A stretch of DNA of 64,000 nucleotides from Acidobacteriota bacterium (GTDB lineage: Bacteria; Acidobacteriota; CAIWXX01), in contig JBFMAF010000031.1 of NCBI GenBank assembly GCA_040755995.1, positions 1 to 64,000 of the forward strand, in the 5' to 3' direction. Positions 58,082 through 64,000 of this stretch are shown here, in pieces. The translations under genes were made by a program, and so were the position numbers. Below the pieces are notes generated by a model. It worked only from the letters and a program-made list of their open reading frames with translations, was not told the origin of the DNA and did no database searches. Numbering within the stretch: position 1 is the first letter of the stretch; every line of letters starts with the position of its first letter.

Positions 58082-60736
58082 ATGCTGCGAGGGATGGCGA
58101 ATGTGCCCGCTCGCCGCATACTCCTCGGATCCCTTGTTGGAATCATCTTCGGGCTCATCGCATGTCTTCTGGTGCGTTCCGATTCGGGCGAATTCGTACT
58201 CCCTCTGGATCAGGATCTCCCGCCGGGGAGCAGCGGCTTCTACGACAGCGAAGGCGGGGCTCGCTGGACTGGGCGGCGCGCTTCATTGGCTCTCCCCGGT
58301 CTCCCACGTCGACGGCAGTGGCAATGCGAGCTGCTTCTGCGAGCATACTGCCCCGACCCCGCCGCCTGCCCCAGCGTGTCGATCACGGTGGACGAGAAGT
58401 CCGTGGCCACGGGCGAGGTTGACGGCAAGGATCGCACATTCAAGCTGACGATCCCTCCGGACCCGCGGCGCGCCGGTGCAACGCTCGGCATCCAATGCTC
58501 GAAGACCTTCGTTCCCGGGCCGCACGATTCCAGGGAGCTTGGTGCAGTACTGTCCAAAGTCGTGCTGAGGAGACTGCCTGAGCGGACCGGGCTCGGTTCC
58601 ACCCCGGGTCTGGCCGCCGCACTGCTACTGGCCGCGTCGCTTGGGGCCGGGGCATGCCTCGCCATTCCTCGACTGCCGTGGGCGGTGCTCTGCGCGGCAA
58701 TTCTCTCGGTCGCGGCCGCCCGGGCTGCCACCCGAGCGGGAGGTCCGTTCGAAGCACCGGCCGAAATGTCCGCCGGCCCGGCGGCATTTGCATCCCTCAT
58801 GGTGCTCCTCGTCGCGGCGTCTGTGAACTGGGCCTGGGCCCGATCCGACGCCCGCGATGGCGAAACCGTGTGGACGCTCCGAGGTCTCCTCTTGCGTCAT
58901 GCCCCGGCGGTCATTTGCATGGCCGGCTGTCTGATGCTCGGGTTGCAGCTTGGAGCTCCCTACAGACTGGCCATCGGCAGCGGCGAGGATCGCTATGTCC
59001 ACGGATGGAGGGGGGACGACGAGAATGTCCTGGAGGACCACGCTCGGCGCTACTATCGATGGGCGCTGGACGGATGCAGCCTGCGGCTGCCGCTGCGCTT
59101 CCTGCACACGGATGTGGCGCTCAGCCTGGTGGCGGCCCGCCACGCACCGGGCGAGGTCACCGTGGCCGCGAACTCGACGCGAGTGTTTCGGCAGAGCTTC
59201 GATCGGCCGGCTCCATGGCGCAACTACACGGTGATCATTCCGAACGATGTCGCCTCCCGAGGTGCGTTACACCTGAGGTTCTCGGCAACGCCACAAGACC
59301 CCGAGCTGCTGGTGCTGGCGGTTGACTCGATCCAGTTGCTCCCGGGGCGCAGCGGATTGGTGATCCCGACACTGGGTCTGCTGCTATCATTTGTCGCGGC
59401 AGCCGTGACGTTCAACCTGGCTGCCGGCAGATTCCTGGGTCTCGGGAAGGTCCTTACCGCCCAGCTGATCGTTTCGGCCGCCGTTCTCGCCGGCCTGCTG
59501 TTCTGGAAACTGCCCACCATCACGATCGTCTCGCGCTTCTGGCCTTTCCTGCTCTTTCTCTGGGCTGTCTCGTTGATTATTCCCGGCATCGTGCGTGACC
59601 GCAGCTGGGCGGCCGTTCTTTTCCTTGGGCTGGTTCTGCACGGCGTGCTCTACTTCCATCCGTATCATTACCCCGCGGATCTGCACTACCACTCCCGGTT
59701 CGCGCAGAGACTCGGCGGACTCTCGCTCGCGCAGATCTACGACGTCTCGTTGATGTATGACGTCAAGGGCGAGGGGGGACTCACGTACCCCTATTCCCCC
59801 GTGTTTCACCTGATCGCCGGCTCTATCTGCCCTGCGGGAGGGGACATCAAGTACGTCGTGAAATTCCTTATGCTGGCCGTATTCGGATTGGTGGGGGTCT
59901 GTCTAAGGCCGATATGCCGCCGCCTCGGGCTGGGCGTCATCCCCCTCGCCCTCTACCTGCTCGACCCCACGCTCATGCGATACCTCTACCTCTGCTTCGC
60001 CCCCACCGTCTTCGGCCTGGCTCTCTTCGCATGCATTGTCTTGTTCATCGGAACTCGGCACCTGGCGGACCTCGGGCGCGCGCCTCTTCTCGGCGTGACG
60101 CTCTTGGCGGCGTTCGCGATGTGCGCCTATCCGGCCACGTTCGTGCAGCTGTCGCTGTTCCTGGGCTTGCTCGGTGCCTGGGCGGCGTTCGACCGAGACA
60201 CCAGGCCGGAACTTCCGGCACTGGCGCTGATCCTCACCCTTTCTGTAGCAGTCGCAATGGTCGTCTTCTACGGGCACTACGCAGATCTCCTGCTTCGCTT
60301 CGTGCACGAGTCCCGCGACAAGACACTCGGGCACGGATCCGCCCCGTCATTCGGAGCGGCGCTCAGAACCTTTGTAGGGACGCTGGTCGCATCCAGGTCA
60401 TGGCCATTCATTGCCGTTGCCGCCATGGGGGCCGTCCTCTCCCTGAAGCGTCGAGACCAGCCGCGATGGCGAGCCACCCAGCTGGTCTGGTTCGCGACAT
60501 TCCTCGGCATGATCGTGCTGACGAGCGACTACCTGTTGCCGAGCGTCCGCGGGCACATCAAGGAAATGGCCTATTTCTGCCCGCTGCTTGTCATGTGGGA
60601 GGCCGAGTGCATCGTCTGGTTCCACCGCAGGGGATACATCCTTTTCAGGATCACATCCGTGACCGCCTGCTGCATGTTGATCGTTCTCTCGATAGCCGCC
60701 GTATACCGCCTTCTCAGCTGGTCGTTCGTGTTTTGA
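58082..60736 (+). CDS. large multi-TM membrane protein with two extracytoplasmic beta domains (GT-C-like)
   Basis: SGFYDSE...RWT, DSRELG, YRWA; DLHYH...PYSP.F; more than 12 hydrophobic segments. Confidence 0.7.
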   Translation: MLRGMANVPARRILLGSLVGIIFGLIACLLVRSDSGEFVLPLDQDLPPGSSGFYDSEGGARWTGRRASLALPGLPRRRQWQCELLLRAYCPDPAACPSVSITVDEKSVATGEVDGKDRTFKLTIPPDPRRAGATLGIQCSKTFVPGPHDSRELGAVLSKVVLRRLPERTGLGSTPGLAAALLLAASLGAGACLAIPRLPWAVLCAAILSVAAARAATRAGGPFEAPAEMSAGPAAFASLMVLLVAASVNWAWARSDARDGETVWTLRGLLLRHAPAVICMAGCLMLGLQLGAPYRLAIGSGEDRYVHGWRGDDENVLEDHARRYYRWALDGCSLRLPLRFLHTDVALSLVAARHAPGEVTVAANSTRVFRQSFDRPAPWRNYTVIIPNDVASRGALHLRFSATPQDPELLVLAVDSIQLLPGRSGLVIPTLGLLLSFVAAAVTFNLAAGRFLGLGKVLTAQLIVSAAVLAGLLFWKLPTITIVSRFWPFLLFLWAVSLIIPGIVRDRSWAAVLFLGLVLHGVLYFHPYHYPADLHYHSRFAQRLGGLSLAQIYDVSLMYDVKGEGGLTYPYSPVFHLIAGSICPAGGDIKYVVKFLMLAVFGLVGVCLRPICRRLGLGVIPLALYLLDPTLMRYLYLCFAPTVFGLALFACIVLFIGTRHLADLGRAPLLGVTLLAAFAMCAYPATFVQLSLFLGLLGAWAAFDRDTRPELPALALILTLSVAVAMVVFYGHYADLLLRFVHESRDKTLGHGSAPSFGAALRTFVGTLVASRSWPFIAVAAMGAVLSLKRRDQPRWRATQLVWFATFLGMIVLTSDYLLPSVRGHIKEMAYFCPLLVMWEAECIVWFHRRGYILFRITSVTACCMLIVLSIAAVYRLLSWSFVF

Positions 60737-60869
60737 CCAGCACGAAGAGAAGAGGCCCGCGCCCGGGAGACAGCCGACCGCCTGACGGCCTCACGTCGAG
60801 GCAGGCGGCCCCGCCACCAGGCGCGCTCCTGTTCGCGCCTCATGAGAGTCAGTGACGGGGCTACCAGGT

Positions 60870-61216
60870 CCGGCTTCCGGCTAACCTCCCCATCACCCAA
60901 TCCAGCACCCTCCTCCCTCCGATCCCGGCGAAGGCCAGGTAGAACGGGAGTACAGAATAAGTACCGGGTCCAGGGCGTAGAAGAACGATGCGACTCCGGC
61001 TATGCGCGCGTCCAGGTGTTTCCGCAACGCAAGATACAGCACCAGACACGTGAGCGTATCGATGAAGGCCTGCGCCAGCAGCGCCACCCATGGCTTGGTC
61101 CCGACGATCGCGTAGAGGGTTCCCGCGAAGAGTGGGAACAGCGGCGTTCTGTAAGCGTCGAGCGGGCCGTCTCGCTCGACAGCAAACTGGCGATGGAAGA
61201 CGAAGTTGATGGGCAC
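60870..61216 (-). pseudogene. internally deleted paralog of the adjacent GT-C gene
   Basis: RTPLFPLF...KPWVALLAQAFID...FYALDP matches the N-half of 61316; another frame gives LPFYLAFAGIG matching its C-terminus. Confidence 0.7.
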
Positions 61217-61315
61217 GACTCGGAAACGACAACCAGGCCCTCCCCCAAGTCTGTTACGCCCCCGGGTAGCTCAGATTGATTGACCGGCGAGCTGCACGCC
61301 GGTAGAATCAACATG

Positions 61316-62749
61316 ATGAGTTGTTTGGTTTCGAGGTCTGCGAACTCAGCCACGAACGCCAGCCGAGCGCGGCTGGTCGTTTTCGGCCTGGCTCTGGCGG
61401 CGCGGGTGCTGACGTTTCTCATCGCCGCTCCCTGGGACCCGGCTGTCGAGCATGAACTGGTCCTCCACAATGACGGGATGACCTACAATCAATTGGCTGT
61501 GTCGCTGATCGACGACCGGCGTTTCGCTACCGGGCCTGAAGATCCCCCGGATCCCTGGCACTCGCCGCTGTACCCGGTCTTCGTAGCCGGCGTGTATCTT
61601 GTCTGCGGATACCGTCCCTGGACCGTGCTGCTGGTCCAGGCCTTGCTCGATTCCTTGACAGCGGTGATCGTCTACAGCACGGTGCGGCGATTCGTCAAGG
61701 CGCCACGTGCCGCTCTCTTCGCCGGAGTGTGCTACGCATTCGATCCCATCGCCATCCTTCACTCCATGCAGATGCTCACCGATATTCTCTACGTCGCGGT
61801 CATGGTTGGAGGCGGGTATTTGTTTGCGTCCGCCCTGGATGGCACGAATGAACGCGGCACCCATGCCCGCTTCGCCGCCGCGGGTGTTGTTCTTGGAGCC
61901 GCCGCCCTCGTGCGGCCGGTCGGGCTCTACCTGCCTGTCGCCATGATCCCGCTGATGCTCTGGCTGCACCGTAGGACGCTGCGGAGCGCCCTCGCCCCGG
62001 CCGCTCTGTTTCTCCTCTGCTTCTACTCCACCACGGCCACCTGGCAGCTCCGCAACTGGTCGCTCTATCGCGCCTACTCGCTGGCCGCAATGGGTGCCTG
62101 GGACACCATCACCATCTACACCGATCCGGTCTATACGGCGATCCACAACGTTACGGATCGGGAGGCGCAAATGAGTCTCGCTGCCGAGGCGGACAGAGAG
62201 ATGAGCCGGGACGGGATCGATCCAGCCCATGCCCACGCTTTCGCCAAGGCGCCCTACTGGGAACGCGTGGCATTGCGCCTGGCCCTGGATGAGCCGTTCC
62301 TGTTCGCCAAGTTCTATCTGCGCGGCACGGTGTACTTCTTCGCCAACATGTCCAGCGGCCGGTGGGCCAATCTGATCATGCATCGCCAGCGATCGCACGC
62401 ACCACCTCCGGATGGCGTCGTTGACCGGACCCCGCACAACGGAATGTGGCAGTCGCCGTGGGTCAAGACACGGATCGAGCTGCTCGTGGCTGCGGGGATC
62501 GGGACATGGTTCCTGCTCACCTACTCCTTCGCTCTGTATGGGCTTTGGAGAAGCCTCAGGTCAGGATTGACGCCCTTCCTGGCAATGTGCGCAACCATCG
62601 TGCTGTACTATGTCCTGATATCGGGAACTGGCGGGATGTCCCGTTTCAAGTTGCCGTCGATCCCCTTCTACTCCGCCTTCGCGGGTGTTGGAGCCGCCAG
62701 TGCCGCCATCCGGTGGTCCAGCCGACCCGATGACCGGGAACGTCTCTAG
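61316..62749 (+). CDS. GT-C (family 39-type) membrane glycosyltransferase (start 61313 or 61316)
   Basis: NDG..Y, PLYPVF, LTDILY, GAAALVRP, W.LRN; upstream TTGACC-17-TAGAAT. Confidence 0.82.
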   Translation: MSCLVSRSANSATNASRARLVVFGLALAARVLTFLIAAPWDPAVEHELVLHNDGMTYNQLAVSLIDDRRFATGPEDPPDPWHSPLYPVFVAGVYLVCGYRPWTVLLVQALLDSLTAVIVYSTVRRFVKAPRAALFAGVCYAFDPIAILHSMQMLTDILYVAVMVGGGYLFASALDGTNERGTHARFAAAGVVLGAAALVRPVGLYLPVAMIPLMLWLHRRTLRSALAPAALFLLCFYSTTATWQLRNWSLYRAYSLAAMGAWDTITIYTDPVYTAIHNVTDREAQMSLAAEADREMSRDGIDPAHAHAFAKAPYWERVALRLALDEPFLFAKFYLRGTVYFFANMSSGRWANLIMHRQRSHAPPPDGVVDRTPHNGMWQSPWVKTRIELLVAAGIGTWFLLTYSFALYGLWRSLRSGLTPFLAMCATIVLYYVLISGTGGMSRFKLPSIPFYSAFAGVGAASAAIRWSSRPDDRERL

Positions 62750-62818
62750 CGGTCATGTGACCGAGGCTCACACAGGCCGAAGGGAAAAGCACATGTTCGC
62801 GCCCGGTCGAGAACTTGC

Positions 62819-64000
62819 ATGAGGGACCCGAAAGAACAGGAAGCGCTGGCCAGGTTCGTCTCTGATCCGGCCGGCAACGTGTTCGTCGTGAATCCCGGCG
62901 CGCTGCCGGGAATGATCGGCGCCGTGTACGCGCGGTACAGCCGTGCGAAGGGCGGATTCCGCGAGATCCTGCTCAATGAGTTCGTGAAGGAGGGCATCCT
63001 GGATCCGAAGCGCGCCGACGAGCTGATCGAACGCGTCCTGATCCAGTTCGGCGACGACTCGGTGCAGGAGCTCGAGAGCGCCTGGCTGTCGATCGAGGAG
63101 ATCTCGAATATCGCCACCAAGGCCATCGAAGACCGGCGGCTCGGGTCCTACATCGAGCAGTCATCGCGATACGTCTACTACGATCGACGCGACGATCAGG
63201 GCCGATTCCGATATCTCCGCGAGCCCACCATCATGGCGTCACCTCATGCGGCCGCATTCGAGGCGACAATGAACTCGGCGTTCGAGACCTACTGCAGGCT
63301 GATCGCGCCAATGCAGGCGTACTTCGAGCGGCGAAAGCCGCTGGAGTCCGCCGAGTACGAAATCCGCCTCGGCCAGGGCCGGATCCGATACGATGGCTGC
63401 GGGGATGAACGGGAACGCCGCGATTTCCATCGCACATGGGTCGCCGACATCCGCACCAAGACCTGCGACACGCTCCGCATCCTCCTCCCCGTCGCCACCC
63501 TCACCAACGTGGGCATGCACGCCAACGGACGCACCTTCGAACACATGCTCCGCCACCTCTACTCCAGCGACCTCCCGGAGCTGCAGGAGATCGCCAAGCG
63601 GGCCCACACAGCGCTGAACACTATCATCCCGCGCTACGTGCAGCGCGCACAGCGTACCGACTTCCTGGTCGAAACACGCCATGCGATGTGTGCGCTGGCA
63701 GAAAAGCTGCTTGCCGGACTCGACGCGCCCCTGCCCGCCGGCAACGGTGTCCGCCTGATCCGCAGCGGCAGCCACGACGACGGCCAGCTGGCCGCCATGC
63801 TGTTCGCCTTCAGTGAGCTCCCCTTCGAGACGCTCCTGACCAGAGTCGAGCAGCTCTCCGGCGAAGAGCGCCACGAGATCCTGGAGACGTACGTCGGGCG
63901 CCGTACCTGGCGCCGCGACCGGCCGGGTCGCGCACTGGAGTTCGGCTGTCCGTGGCTGTTCGAACTGGTGATCGACTTCGGTATCTATCGCGATCTGCAT
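62819..64000 (+). CDS. thyX: FAD-dependent thymidylate synthase, long duplicated-domain type (partial, runs off the window)
   Basis: Translated by hand: YARYSR, FGDDSVQEL, EQSSRYV, LPVATLTNVG..ANGR, RRDRPGRALE, DFGIYRDLH. Confidence 0.85.
   Translation, partial: MRDPKEQEALARFVSDPAGNVFVVNPGALPGMIGAVYARYSRAKGGFREILLNEFVKEGILDPKRADELIERVLIQFGDDSVQELESAWLSIEEISNIATKAIEDRRLGSYIEQSSRYVYYDRRDDQGRFRYLREPTIMASPHAAAFEATMNSAFETYCRLIAPMQAYFERRKPLESAEYEIRLGQGRIRYDGCGDERERRDFHRTWVADIRTKTCDTLRILLPVATLTNVGMHANGRTFEHMLRHLYSSDLPELQEIAKRAHTALNTIIPRYVQRAQRTDFLVETRHAMCALAEKLLAGLDAPLPAGNGVRLIRSGSHDDGQLAAMLFAFSELPFETLLTRVEQLSGEERHEILETYVGRRTWRRDRPGRALEFGCPWLFELVIDFGIYRDLH

Noticed and set aside
61258..61290. GCCCCCGGGTAGCTCAG as a tRNA 5' end
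   Set aside because: No anticodon arm, T-loop or acceptor-stem partner follows; the region is a promoter
63239..64000. 253-aa minus-strand ORF at the right edge
   Set aside because: Antisense shadow of thyX

Overview
GC-rich bacterial chromosomal window, probably from a diderm (a beta-barrel-like protein is encoded); the taxon cannot be determined from sequence alone. Six blocks. (1) 0.1-10.8 kb: a putative sigma54-controlled metal (probably Cu) envelope locus: heavy-metal-binding secreted protein, membrane HD-GYP, Met-rich tandem-OB periplasmic protein, sensor kinase plus NtrC/ZraR-type activator, outer-membrane protein with a Met/Gly loop, DxDGDG-repeat protein and a second two-component pair. 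It carries four near-consensus -24/-12 promoters and a shared palindrome. (2) 12-25.3 kb: a 14-gene trpEGDCFBA-aroFAECKBQ super-operon. It is preceded by an unannotated leaderless 34-aa leader peptide containing F-V-L-Y-F-W-Y-W with clear antiterminator/terminator hairpins, i.e. an attenuator that may read all three aromatic amino acids. (3) 25.4-33.8 kb: ferredoxin, MoaB/MogA, a GT-C glycosyltransferase and an ArsR-controlled MacAB-type exporter. (4) 33.8-37.3 kb: a decayed accessory patch (IS21-like end, serpin remnant, cassette-like orphans, IS91-like fragment). (5) 37.5-42.9 kb: a tetraether-synthase (Tes/GDGT-MAS)-like radical SAM enzyme, a membrane-anchored PhnD-like protein and a Ser/Thr kinase-PAP2 fusion. 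(6) 43-62.7 kb: a surface-glycosylation cluster (WecE/WecD, ArnC-like GT2, several GT-C proteins, a repeat-rich surface protein), followed by a partial ThyX at the right edge. All family assignments come from motif recognition by eye; no database searches were run.
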